Assembly (NCBI GenBank): GCA_038087875.1
Contig: CM075998.1
Coordinates: 6,636,001 to 6,700,000 of the forward strand
Length of the DNA: 64,000 nucleotides
Direction: 5' to 3'
Source: Malacoraja senta
Taxonomy: Eukaryota
Under the pieces are notes generated by a model that worked only from the letters and a program-made list of their open reading frames with translations, was not told the origin of the DNA and did no database searches. This document shows, piece by piece, positions 24,321 through 36,609 of the stretch. A program made the position numbers and the translations under genes. Each line of letters starts with the position of its first letter. Position 1 is the stretch's first letter.

Positions 24321-25849
24321 TCTGGAAATCGTGGATGCATTGGTGATCATTTTGCAATGTTCTATAGACTCAGGATCGGTTCCTGTAGATTGGAGGGTAG
24401 CTAATGTTATCCCACTTTTTAAGAAAGGCGGGAGAGAGAAAACAGGGAATTATAGACCAGTTAGCCTGACATCGGTGGTGGGGAAGATGCTGGAGTCCAA
24501 TTATAAAAGATGAGATAGCCACACATTTCGATAGCAGTAACAGGATCGGTCCGAGTCAGCATGGATTTACGAAGGGGAAATTATGCTTGACTAATCTTCT
24601 GGAATTTTTTGAGGATGTAACTAGGAAAATGGACAAGGGAGAGCCAGTGGATGTAGTGTACCTGGACTTTCAGAAAGCATTTGATAAGGTCCCACATAGG
24701 AGATTAGTGGGCAAAATTAGGGCACATGGTATTGGGGGTAGAGTGCTGACATGGATAGAAAATTGGTTGGCAGACAGGAAACAAAGAGTAGGGATTAACG
24801 GGTCTCTTTCAGAATGGCAGGCAGTGACTAGTGGGGTACCGCAAGGCTCAGTGCTGGGACCGCAGCTATTTACAATATACATCAATGATTTGGCTGAAGG
24901 GATTCAAAGTAACATTAGCAAATTTGCAGATGACACAAAGCTGGGTGGTAGTGTGAACTGTGAAGAGGATGCTATGAGAATGCAGGGTGACTTGGACAGG
25001 TTGGGGGAGTGGGCAGATGCATGGTAGATGAAGTTTAATTGTGGATAAAAGTGAGGTTATCCACTTTGGTATCAAAAACAAGAAGGCAGATTACTATCTA
25101 AATGGCGTCAAGTTGGGAAAAGGGGATGTACAACGGGATCTGGGGGTCCTTGTTCATCAGTCTATGAAAGTAAGCATGCAGGTACAACAGGCAGTGAAGA
25201 AAGCGAATGGCATGTTGGCCTTTATAACAGGAGGAGTCGAGTATAGGAGCAAAGGGGTCCTTCTGCAGTTGTACAGGGCCCGAGTGAGACCACACCTGGA
25301 GTATTGTGTGCAGTTTTGGTCCCCTAATTTGAGGAAGGACATTCTTGCTATTGAGGGAGTGCAGCTTAGGTTTACAAGGTTAATTCCCGGGATGGCGGGA
25401 CTGTCATATGCTGAGAGAATGGAGCGGCTGGGCTTGTACACTCTGGAGTTTAGAAGGATGAGTGAGGATCTTATTGAAACATAAGGTTATTAAGGGTTTG
25501 GACACGCTAGAGGCAGGAAACATGTTCCTGATGTTGGGGGAGTCCAGAACCAGGGGCCACAGTTTAAGAATAAGGGGTAAGCCATTTAGAACGGAGACGA
25601 GAAAACACTTTTTCTCACAGAAAGTTGTGAGTCTGTGGAATTCTCTGCCTCAGAGGGCGGTGGAGGCCGTTCTCTGGATAGTTTCAAGAGAGAGCTAGAT
25701 AGGGCTCTTAAAGATAGCGGAGTCAGGGGATATGGGTAGAAGGCAGGAACGGGGTACTGATTGTGGATGATCAGCCATGATCACATTGAATGGCGGTGCT
25801 GGCTCGAATGGCCGAATGGCCTACTCTTGCACCTATTGTCTATTGTCTA
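24321..25849 (+). mobile_element. CR1 LINE RT and 3' end (second subfamily), frameshifted
   Basis: [32 protein letters not shown]; (ctattgt)n tail. Confidence 0.93.
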
Positions 25850-26469
25850 ATGAGGCCCCCGTGGCTGCCGAGGCCCACATTACCGCCGATTCTCCTGCCG
25901 CCGTCGTCGAGTCTCCTACTGTCGCCACCGAGGCTCCCATCGCCGCCACCGCCGAGGCTCCTTTGGCCCAGACAGGCATCGCTGCCCGACTTCACCGCTG
26001 TCCGCTGGGAAGCCTGTGGGGTGGGTCTGGCCTACTGGGACGCGTTCCAGTCTTCGGTCGTCATTCTGGTCGTCGGCGGAGCGGTTGTTTGGCGAGTGGA
26101 TCGGGCCCGCGCGGCTCCCCGGGACATCCCCGACATGTGTGCGGCTTCCCCGGACATTGTTGTTTTTTGTGAACATTTTCCTTTCTATTTCTGACATATG
26201 TCGGTTGGAAGAAGATGAGTTCAGTGTTGCATGTCAAGAGTCAAGGATGTTTTATTGTCATATATCCCGGAACGGAAGAATTACATTTCCTGTACCCTAT
26301 TCCCTGAAGCACTGAGAAGGGTTCCATCCCGAAACATCACCTATGCATGTTCTCCAGAGGCCCACCTGACCCGCTGAGTTACTCCAGCACTTTGTGTTGA
26401 CTTTTTCCTTGAAGTGCAACGTAGCTGAAAATCCAGACAGAGGAACATGTGAATGGAAATCGATGGTCG

Positions 26470-27287
26470 CGTCGCCCACCAATTCGGCAGCGGCGGCCTC
26501 TGCAGTCCGTCTGTCTTTTTATTATTTTTGTCTTGTTTTTATGTAGTTTTTATTTTATTTTTTTCTTGTCGGGGTATGTGTGTGGGGGTGGGGGGAGGGG
26601 GGGGGACTTTGAAATCTTTCCCCTGCACGGGAGACCCGACCTTTTCTTTGTCGGGTCTCCGTTTGTCGTTGGGGCTGGGCAACGTGGAGCGGCCTCCAGC
26701 AGGAACGACCTGGGGCTCCAGTTGCGGACTACTCACCGTCGCGGGGCTGGCCGAGTCCGGAGCGGGTGGAGCTGCGTTAGAGCGCTGCTGCGACCTGACC
26801 CCCGGAGATTCGGAGGCTACAACCGCGGGTCTGGCGGACGGCAACACTGGAAGCCCGCGGGTGCCTGGTGGGAGACCGCTTTTCGGGGCTTCCGCAGTGG
26901 CGACTTCTCCCGCCCGAGTTGCGGGGTTGAAGAGCACCTGGAGCGGGGCTTTACATCACCGCCCCGCGCGGGACTTTGCGGGCACACGCCGGGGCTCTAA
27001 CACCAAGACCCGGTGCGCGACCTTGCATTACCCGGCGTGGCTTTAATGGCCGCGGGACAATCACCATCGCCCCGCGGGGGCTTTGACTGTGACTCTGACA
27101 TCGGGGGGGGGAGTGCAGTGGAGAGATAAGTTTTTTTGCCTTCCATCACAGCGCTGTGATGGATGTATGTGTAAATTGTGTTGTGTCTCGGGTCTTCTTC
27201 GTTTTGTAATGTATGGCTGCAGAAACGACATTTCGTTTGGACCTCAACGGGGTCCAAATGACAAATAAATTGTATTGTATTGTATTG
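26470..27287 (+). mobile_element. Non-autonomous retroposon with Rex1-like tail (copy C)
   Basis: Same architecture as 295-1100; 3' stem TTTGGACC/GGTCCAAA + TGACAAATAAA + (ttgta)n. Confidence 0.7.
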
Positions 27288-28218
27288 AACTTGGTGGGCC
27301 GAAGGGCCTGTTTCCATGCCTTAACTTTCAATCAATCAATTGTAGGAGGAAGAGAAGAGTGAGAGAAGACAAGCAGACTTGGTTCCTCTGTAGCCTTCAG
27401 AAGGTTTGTGTGATGGGGCTGGTGTGAGAAGAGGAAAATTGAATCGGAGCAATGTATTTGTATAGTTTTGAGATGGGTAGGAAGGAACAGAAACGTTGAT
27501 AATGATCATATTGAGAACGCAGAGAGAACGCACACAAGAAAGATTGCAATGAAGGGAGAGAAGCTACTCACATGAGGAAATTAGTCGACCTGTTATTTGG
27601 TCCAGTTCTAAGGGTGAAGGATAATTCACAGATGGGAGCAGTATTCAAACTATGGGAAGTTGCTGAGCCTCAGAGAACTAGCAGTTGTTTAGAAGAAAAG
27701 GAGTGCTTTGGCTGCAGAGGTTTAAACTTGGAGGCGCTTTTGGTAATGAAAGATGTGGGAGTTCCATGCAGATCAATGCTGCCAGAAACGTTGATGAAGG
27801 AGGATGAAGGGTGGGGTTTTCAAAGGCAAGACGTGGGAGATACTGTCAGGCGGAGAGTCATAAAAAGCATCTTTGAAGAGTTAGAATAAGTGTTTCATTC
27901 AAGGATTTGGAGGTCTTGGTGGTGATAGGATTTGACTGTTGTGGATATTACTGAATGGCTGCTAGACCTCAGATAATGACTTTTTGATGTGTGCTTTGCA
28001 GTATATTATAAAACGATTGCAGTTTTTGCTTTTAGATTATCTTGAAAGCTTATTTACAAAAGGTTTGTGCCAAAAGGCAGTTAACAGACTCAACACTGTC
28101 CAGCCCGGGAGACTGATTGGAAGCGGCATACTTCAACATGGGCTGCCTGGAATGTTCCAAATTCTTTCACAGTGATATGTTATTTTAGAATAATATCAAG
28201 CACCTCATTAGAATTATA

Positions 28219-28533
28219 GGCGGCACAGAGGCGCAGCAGGTAGAGCTGCTGCCTCAAAACACCAGAGACCCAAGTTTGATCCTGACCTCAGGTGCCGTCT
28301 GTGTGGAGTTTGCATGTTCTCCCTGTGACCGCGTGGGTTTGCTCCGGGTGCACTGGTTTCCTCCCATGTCCCAAAGACGTGCGGGTTTGCAGGTTAATTG
28401 GCTGCTGTAAAATTACCCCTAATGTGATAAGAATGTGGGATAATGTAGAACTAGTGTGAACTGGTGATGGATGGACAGTATGGATTTGGTGGGCCGAAGG
28501 GCCTGTTTCCGTGCTGGATCTCTAGCTAAACTA
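28219..28533 (+). mobile_element. V-SINE (HE1-like)
   Basis: Head, V-domain and tail present. Confidence 0.85.
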
Positions 28534-29132
28534 AGGATGTGCAACATGTTTATCCATTGGCCATGATGTAATGCATGGGTGATGTACAGATTGGGTGAAT
28601 CATTCCTGCAGTGGTTCAGTGGTTTGGGGTGCATCTTACCAGTACTGTGTTCACCACTACCTGTCCACAAACCGGTGGCAGTGTTTAAACATGTCTCGCC
28701 AGTATTATCATGGATCTTTTCAACCCTGGTTCCTCCTTCTCCCCGCTCCCATCAGGCAAAAACTTGAAAATGCATATCACCAGACTCAGAAACGACTTCT
28801 CTCTTTCTGAACGGTCCTTCCATAAGCTGGGGTACTGTCCCGCTTTTTCCAACCTACCTCATTGCGGACAATGGCCATTGTCTCTGGAGCTGGCATGCTA
28901 CAATGCTGAGAACTATATTGGGCACCTTGGTAGTTTTCTCTTTGCTCTGCCTGTTGCACTTACGTTTGGCTTAATTGCATTTGTGTGGAGTATTATCTGA
29001 TTGGATTGTACACAAGCTTTTCACTAGATTTTGTACCATGTGACAATAAAAAACCTAAACCTTAAAGATCATACGACATTAAATGCTGAAGTGACTCAGC
29101 GGGTCAGGCAGCATCTCTGGAGAAACGGAATA

Positions 29133-29530
29133 TTCATCATCCTTGAAAACATTAGCGACACAGTGGCGTTGGTTTCCAACGGGAACGATGACGGACGCAC
29201 CACACATCTCTGTCCTCCAGCCCCTGCGGACTTCCGCTGCTGGAAGTATAGGATTTTGGTGTATGTGTGCTTTATCATCATTCCTTACAATGCCGTGTAC
29301 GACAGTGATCGCAGCTTCTACTGAAGTGTGGATGGCCGTTGGCTCGCTAGAAGCTCATCCGCCCATTGACAGGTCTTGTTTTTGTTCCTGCTGGGGGTCC
29401 ACAGCCCCCTCCTCACCTGGCATACCAGGTGGGGGAGATGGTTTAGTCACCGACTATCCGACTATGGAGCAGGTAGCACGGGATTACATGGTACCCGTGG
29501 CGGGGGGAACTCCCCCCAACCTGACCTGTC
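29133..29530 (-). mobile_element. 398-bp retroposon of uncertain family (possibly RTE/Ingi-type, non-autonomous) inserted into a PLE pLTR
   Basis: 12-bp TSD AGAAA(C/A)GGAATA at 29121-29132 and 29531-29542; gatgatgaa 3' end on minus; highly self-complementary 5' half. Confidence 0.6.
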
Positions 29531-29727
29531 AGAAAAGGAATAGGTGAAATTTAAACTAAATGCAATTTAATGAAGATGTGTGGGGCAGGTTTTTTTGTTT
29601 ACACAGACGGTGGTGAGTGCCTGGAACATGCTGCCAGGGTTGGTGGTTGAGGCATTTAAGAGGGTTATGGATAGGTACATGCATATGTGGGGAACAGAGG
29701 GATATGGATTATGTGCTGGTAGATAAG

Positions 29728-30045
29728 AGATACGATACGATAGAACTTTATTCATCCCTGGAGGGAAATTGGTTTACCAACACTCACAACACACAGCAAA
29801 GTACACGAACACTTGAAATTAAAATTAAATTAAAAGTGAAAAAACAGAAAAAGACAAGCGACAGCCCCTTCACCGGAACGAAGGAACGAACAAACTACAA
29901 ACACAGACTTATCCCTTGGGCAGAGGATTCTAAAACTAAAGTGCCCCCCCGTCCCCCTACACGGGTCCCCCTTTGTTCAACACCGTCCCTTGCGGCTGTC
30001 CCCCAATCATCTTCCCCTCCCCCCTCACGCTCATCGACCGCTGAT
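29728..30045 (-). mobile_element. 3' fragment of a Rex1-tailed element
   Basis: Minus strand: aatttccctccagggatgaataaagt + (atcgt)n; shares cagacttatccc.tgggcagaggattcta with about 24195-24225. Confidence 0.55.
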
Positions 30046-30197
30046 CACGTGTCGATCGTCATGTTTGGCATGGACATTGTGGTCCGTAGGGCCTGTTCTT
30101 GTGCTGTATTGTTGTATGTTCTATGATTGGCAAGGGTCAGAGTTCAGCAGAGGAGGACAAAGAATTATTGACAGTGGTAACAGGTTATTTAGAAAAT

Positions 30198-32270
30198 GAT
30201 AGTCATAGAGTGACATAATGTGGAAACAGGCCCTTCGGCCCAACTTGCCCACACCGGCCAACAATGTCCCAGCTACACTAGTTCCACTTGCCTGCGCTTG
30301 GTCTATATCCCTCCAAACCTGTCCTATCCATGTACCTGTCTAACTGTTTCTTAAACGATGAGATAGTCCCAGCCTCAGCTACCTCCTCTGGCAGCTTGTT
30401 CCATACAACCACCACCCACCACCCTTTGTGTGAAAAAGTTTGGATTCCTATTAAATCTTTCCTATAACATGGTGCCCAGAACTGAACACAATATTCTAAA
30501 TACGGTCTCACCAACATCTTATACAACTGCAACATGACCTCCCAACATCTATACTCAATACTCTGACTGATGAAGGCCAAAGTGCCAAAAGCCTTTTTGA
30601 CCACCTTATCTACCTGTGACTCGACCTTCAAGGAACCATGCACCTGTACTCCTAGATCCCTCTGCTCTACAACACTACCCAGAGGCCTACCATTTACTGT
30701 GTAGGTCCTGCCCTTGTTCGACGTCCCAAAATGCAACACCTCACACTTCTCTGTATTAAACACCATCAACCATTCCTCCGCCCACCTGGCCAATCGATCC
30801 AGATCGTGCTGCAATCGTTCACAACCATCTTCACTATCTGCAAAACCACCCACTTTTGTTTCATCAGCAAACTTGCTAATCTTGCCCTGTATGTTCTCAT
30901 CCAAATCATTGATGTAGATGACAAACAGTAACGGGCCCAGCACCGAACCCTGAGGCACACCACTAGTCACAGGCCTCCAGTCTGAGAAGCAACCTTCCAC
31001 CATCACCCTCTGCTTCCTTCCTTCCATGGAGCCAATTTGTTATCCATTAAGCTATCTCTCCTTGGATCCCATGCGATCTAACCTTCCAGGGCAGCCTACC
31101 ATGTGGAACCTTGTCGAACGCCTTGCTGAAGTCCATGTACACAACATCTACAGCTCTGCCATCATCAACCTTATTGGTCACGTCTTTAAAAAATATCCAT
31201 AATCAGCCCTTGCCCATCCAAATGCCTGTATAACCTATCCCTCAGAATACTCTCTTGTAACTTACCAACTACAGATGTTAAGCTCACCAGCCTCTAGTTC
31301 CCAGCATTTTCTCTGCAGCCCTTCTTGAAAAGAGGCACAACATTTGCCACCCTCCAGTCTTCCGGCACCTCTCCTGTATTTAAGGACGACTCATAAATTT
31401 CAATCAGGGCTCCTGCAATTTCCTCTCTAGTTTCCCGCAATGTCCTCGGATATATCAGATCAGGCCCTGGAGATTTGTCTACCTTCAAACATGACAGTAC
31501 CTTCAGTACTTCTTCGACGGTAACACTGACTGCTCTCAAGACACTTCCATTGACTGTCCCAAGTTCCTCCGTCCTACTGTCTTTCTCCTCGGTAAATACA
31601 GAGGAGAAATACTCATTTAGGACCTTGCCCATCTCCTGTGGCTCCACACAGAGGTGACCGCTTTGATTACTGACAGGTCCCACTCTCTCTCTCTAGTTAT
31701 CCTTTACCCACTTATGTATTTATAAAATCTTTTGGGATTGTCCTTAATGCTATCCGCCAGAGCTATCTCCTGGCCCCTTTTTGCCCTTCTGATCTCCTTT
31801 TTTAGTTTACTCCTTAGTTCCCGAAACTGCTCCAGGGATGCACTTGACCCCAGTTGCCTAAACCTGTCCCATGCATCCTTCTTGATTTTGACCAATGCCT
31901 CAATTTCCCTCGTCAGCCAAGCTTCCTTACGTTTGCCTGCTTTGCCCTTCACTCTAATGGGGACATACATATCCTGAGCTTTCTTCAGTACATTTTTAAA
32001 AACATCCCACTTGGCCGATGTTCCTTTCCCCTCAAATAACCTGCTCCAGTCAACTTGAGCGAGAACTTCCCTCAAAGTTGGCCTTACCCCAGTTGAGCAT
32101 TTTAACATGTGGACCCTCTCCATCCCTATCCATAACTATCTTAAACCTAATGGAACTGTGGTCACTGGACCCAAAAGGCTCTTCCACACACACTTCATTA
32201 ACTTGCCCTTCCCAATTTCCCAATACTAGATCCAGCGTTGCCCTCTCACGTGTGGGGGCCTCCATATACT
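30198..32270 (-). mobile_element. CR1 LINE with internal deletions
   Basis: [46 protein letters not shown], 3' tail. Confidence 0.93.
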
Positions 32271-32368
32271 AAAGTGAATGTGGGACTTTTTACGGAGTGA
32301 AATCTGGGAAATGATGCCATGACTTCAATGCTGTCTGATCCAAACTAGACATTAACTAGTCATCTTGA

Positions 32369-32612
32369 TGGCAGTGTAGCACAGCTGGTAAAGTCGCTGC
32401 CTATCCCGGGATGCTGACTGTGTGTGGAGTTTGCAAATAACCACGTGCGTTTCCTCCGGGAGCTCTGGTTTCCTCCCACATCCCAAAGACGTGTGGGTTT
32501 GTAGGTTAGTTGGATGTGTAAGCAGGATAACGCGGAACAAGTGTAAGCGTGTGACCGATGGTCTGCAAGGACCTAAGGGCCAGCTTTCCTGCTGTATCTC
32601 TGAACTAAACTA
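32369..32612 (+). mobile_element. Degenerate V-SINE
   Basis: V-domain tctggtttcctcccacatcccaaagacg and tail. Confidence 0.75.
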
Positions 32613-32987
32613 TAACTAGTCTTTTTTTTTAAAGATCATTAGTGTTTGTTTAATGAACAATTAAGGTGTAATTGAAATTTGGGATAATTGGCAGATAATG
32701 GGTGAACATAATGGATCTGGTGAGCAACCCGTCATCAGGTTCGGGTGGAGTCCTATTACTGTCCTTCCCTGATGATTCAGGGCAATAGAAATTAAAGCAA
32801 GCGTTTTCACTGGAAATTGCCCCACATTTTAACTTTGCCTTCAAGGCATTTTCTGAAGTTCAATGTCCCAAGGAGAAGGTCGCCTCACGTTCCATATATA
32901 GCTCAATTTCTCAGCTGCAGTTTTCTTCCCCTGCTGAAGGAGTGGAGTGCTGTAGATTGCAAAAGGGCATGCTGCATGCATGAATGT

Positions 32988-33400
32988 TCCAGCAGTATGA
33001 ATATTAAAATCTCTAACTTCAAGTAACTCTTGCATCCCCTCTCTCTCCATCCCTCCCCAACTCAAGTCGTCGTACTAGTTTAGTTTCGCTGTCGTCCTGT
33101 TGAGTTTCAGTGTCTGCGTAACTCGTTATCACCTTGCCCACAGCCAACACAGGATCATTGTGGGCTCCACCATTCCTTGATCATCGTTACTTTGTGCATA
33201 TCTTTTATTCATTTGTTCTACATCTCTCCATCACCATTTATATCTCTCGTTTCCCTTTCCCCAGAGTCTGCCTCCAGTTTGCACTTTGTTATCTTGGATC
33301 TCTTGTCACCAGTAACCCCCTGTGACTCGAAACGTCACCTACTCCTTTTCTGCAGAGATGTTGCCTGACCCGTTGAGTTACTGCAGCTTTTTGTTTTTAT
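32988..33400 (+). mobile_element. PLE 3' end and pLTR, hammerhead core disrupted
   Basis: ccagcagtatgaatatt..tctaacttcaagtaa ORF end; gaaacgtcacc..gagatgttgcctgacccgttgagttac. Confidence 0.7.
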
Positions 33401-34326
33401 CGTTTGCTCCATGCAAGTCCAGGCAGCTCACATCTGCAGAATATTCAGCCATGCTGTCAGTTTTACACTGCCCCGCGTCCAATGGCAGCAACAATCCTGC
33501 TGTCACTAACGTGGGCCATCATAGTTACCTCTGTATTTGAGCAGGGCAGTGTCCGCCACCCTGTCCCAGTCTCTCCGCGCACATAGGCCGCTCCCCAGCA
33601 GTCTTCCCTCCACACCCACTGCCCACGTCTCCATGACTATGGCCCACTGTAGCTCAGCCCCATGCACAATGCCAGTGGAAAAAAATATACAAGATGTAGG
33701 ATATATTCATGGTAAAGCCCTGCAGTGTGTGTTTAATTTTTGTGCTTCACTTAATTTCCAAGGGCTCGGTGACCTAACCAGAAGCACATTGTGACAGTGA
33801 GTATGTTCAGGCTGAGCCTCAATCTGACCTCAATCTTTCCATTAATTACCTGTGTGCTTTAGCATTGTCATTTCAATACATGTATTTGAATCATTGTATA
33901 TTTATGGTCAAGGGCGTGGTGTCTTTTTTTTAAACCTGCAAACATCTGATGTAAGGATCATTTTGTTCAAGAGCGTGTCATCAGTCCAGCTGATGGAGCT
34001 TGTTTCTTTTGAAATTAGAAATCTTGGGTCGGTCGGCACGATGTTGATTCTTGGCTCTACCCCTAAACTGCATTTAGTTAACTAGACTGAGCCAGGGCAG
34101 ATCTCAGATACTTACAGGTGGGCTCAGAAAACAGAGGGTCTTGTTGCTGACCCCTGTGCAGGTGGAATAAGTTCATGGTCATCGGCCCCTCCCTCACTTT
34201 GGTTTCTGCTGCCACCATCAGCCAAGCTGAGCAGCCTTGGGCACTGGATGTCTGCCTCCAGTTTCAAGACAGCACTCGATATTATCTTGCATCTCTTGTC
34301 ACCAGTAACCCCTGTAAGGGGTTCAT

Positions 34327-36060
34327 CTAGACATAATCCCCGTATGTAGCCACAGGCTTGCTGACCCGTCCTGCACGCGTACGGTACAGGCCTTCAGCCG
34401 TGCCCCTCACAGGAGATGTCGTCACAGGCACGGACGGCCTCCATCGGGAGTTTCTCAGCAGGCGACGACTCAACCAGCACAGGTTTCGCAGGGGATTTGT
34501 CGACAGGCTTTACAGGGATCTTCGTCATCGGCACCAGCCCCGTTGGCAGTCCTTTTGCAGGTACAGAAACAAAGTTCTGATCGCCAAACTGCTCACTATC
34601 TGCTGTCACATGTCCCTCATTCAGATAGTCGTTTCCATCCTCAGTCCATAACACATCATCTGGGTCATCCGCATCATCATACTGAACCTGCCTCAATGGC
34701 ACCGGCTCATTTACTGGCGAATATGTGGTCGGTTTTTGCATGCGCAAAAATCTGTAGCGGCTGAAATCAGTGCTGAAGGTGGTATGCACAGATGATGCAT
34801 GATCCAGGGGAATCTGCCAAAAGAAGCTCTTGCCGTCTAATACTGAGAATACCGTTGGCTTACCCATGTGGGCAGCTACCTCCTCCACAGTACGCATGGG
34901 GTGATGGGGCCTTTTGAGTGCGGTGTTCAGGTCCCTCGGATTAATACATATACGAATCTCCTGTTTATTCTTCTTTGTAGCAGTCACCATCGAGGACACC
35001 CAGTCCGTGGGTTCCGACACAGGCTTGATAACTCCCAATGCCACCATCCTGTCCAGTTCGGCTTTGACCCGGTCTCATGGCAATAGGTGCATGCTGAGCA
35101 GGACGAACCACAGGCCGCACCTCCGGGTCTAAAGACATAGAGTAAGTTATTGGTAGCTTGCCAAGTTCTTCAGTGAAAAGATTGTGGTAATCCATGAGAA
35201 TACGCTGTGTAGAATCCGGAATGGAATCTCAACCTGTATGGGTGATCCCCTTGGTGGCACTGCAGCTTCACAATACCGACCGTATTGACCTCGCTTCCCC
35301 CAATGTGAGAAGGGTAACATTGGTAGGTTTTAATTGCTCTGCGTTCCTCAGACGGTTGAACTGTTCCCGAGACAGAACATTACATTTCGCTCCAGTGTCG
35401 ATTTTCATCTCGATCAGTTTATTGTTTACTGTTACGGTTACGGTGGCCATTGGCTCACTATTCTGCACATTTTGTGTGATAATAGAATGTGCCTGCAGAA
35501 CGATTCCATCGACCTTTGGCCTCTTATCCATGCTGCTATTGGACAAATCTGACAGTGGCTCAGCCTGCAGCAAATTTATTGGCTGCCTTGTCTGCCCTCT
35601 GTTAAGTCGGGATCGGCAACATCTCCAGAAATGGTTTCACCTTTTACACCCATGGCAGACTAGACCAAAGGCAGGGCACTTCTCTCTCATACCCAAGTGC
35701 CCCCCACCACAGTTACATTCTTGAATAAAACGACCTGCAGGATAATTAAGCTGTCTTTGCCTTGTTAATTCTTGCCTGGGTTGATTGGGAGACAAGAAGT
35801 GAGTGTACTCAAGCTGGAGTGCCATCTGCTGCTGCCTTCGTTGCCTTGGACGCTATCAACTCCTCTACTGGAATGTATCACAGACTGTGATAGCTCCATC
35901 CAGAGTTATTGTAGGATCGCGGACAAGCTTTCTTATCCGTTTGTCATTAAAAAGACCACATACCAATATGTGGTCTAATAAATTTGTCTTTGAGATCGCC
36001 AAATCGGCAAGTTCCTGCAGCATTCTGTACAGCACAAACAAAAGATTCAATAGTTTCGCC
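34327..36060 (-). mobile_element. Gypsy/Ty3 LTR-retrotransposon gag-pol remnant, internally deleted, LTRs not seen
   Basis: Gag (LVRDPTITLDGAI), Zn knuckles CPAFGLVCHGC..H..C, protease KIDTGAKCNVL, RT EPTDWVSSMV..LD.K..FWQIPL..RYRFLRM, C-terminal TRAGRVSKP..DYV*. Confidence 0.88.
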
Positions 36061-36067
36061 CTCATTC

Positions 36068-36609
36068 TGTGTTGCCTTTGATTTGGAAATGCTAAAGCTG
36101 TGTTGCCTTTGGTTTGGAAATGCTAAAGCTATGTTGCCTATGGTCTGAAAATGCTAAAGTTGCCTTGCCAAATTAAAGTTGCCTTGCCAAATTAAAGTTC
36201 CCTTGCCTAATTAAAGTTGTCTTGCCTAATTAAAGTTGCCTTGCCCAATTAAAGTTGCCTTGCCCAATTAAAGTTGCCTTGCCCAATTAAAGTTGCCTTG
36301 CCCAATTAAAGTTGCCTTGCCCAATTAAAGTTGCCTTGCCCAATTAAAGTTGCCTTGCCCAATTAAAGTTGCCTTGCCCAATTAAAGTTGCCTTGCCCAA
36401 TTAAAGTTGCCTTGCCCAATTAAAGTTGCCTTGCCCAATTAAAGTTGCCTTGCTTAATTAAAGTTGCCTTGCCCAATTAAAGTTGCCTTGCCCAATTAAA
36501 GTTGCCTTGCCCAATTAAAGTTGCCTTGCCCAATTAAAGTTGCCTTGCCTAATTAAAGTTGCCTTGCCTAATTAAAGTTGCCTTGCCTAGATTAAAAGTT
36601 GCCTTGCCT
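36068..36609. repeat. Minisatellite: three 31-bp units grading into about 23 19-bp units (CAATTAAAGTTGCCTTGCC)
   Basis: Direct reading; no spacers between units. Confidence 0.95.

Noticed and set aside
26449..27046. GC-rich overlapping ORFs or a CpG-island promoter (also 492-821, 7124-7528)
   Set aside because: They lie within repeated retroposon bodies, and the reading frames are not conserved between copies.
29380..29530. Canonical HDV-like ribozyme call
   Set aside because: A P1-like stem exists, but I could not place P2/P3/L3 and P1.1 in the required order; kept only as an unclassified structure.
36170..36609. Regular 19-bp repeats as a CRISPR array
   Set aside because: No spacers, no cas genes, eukaryotic context; it is a simple minisatellite.
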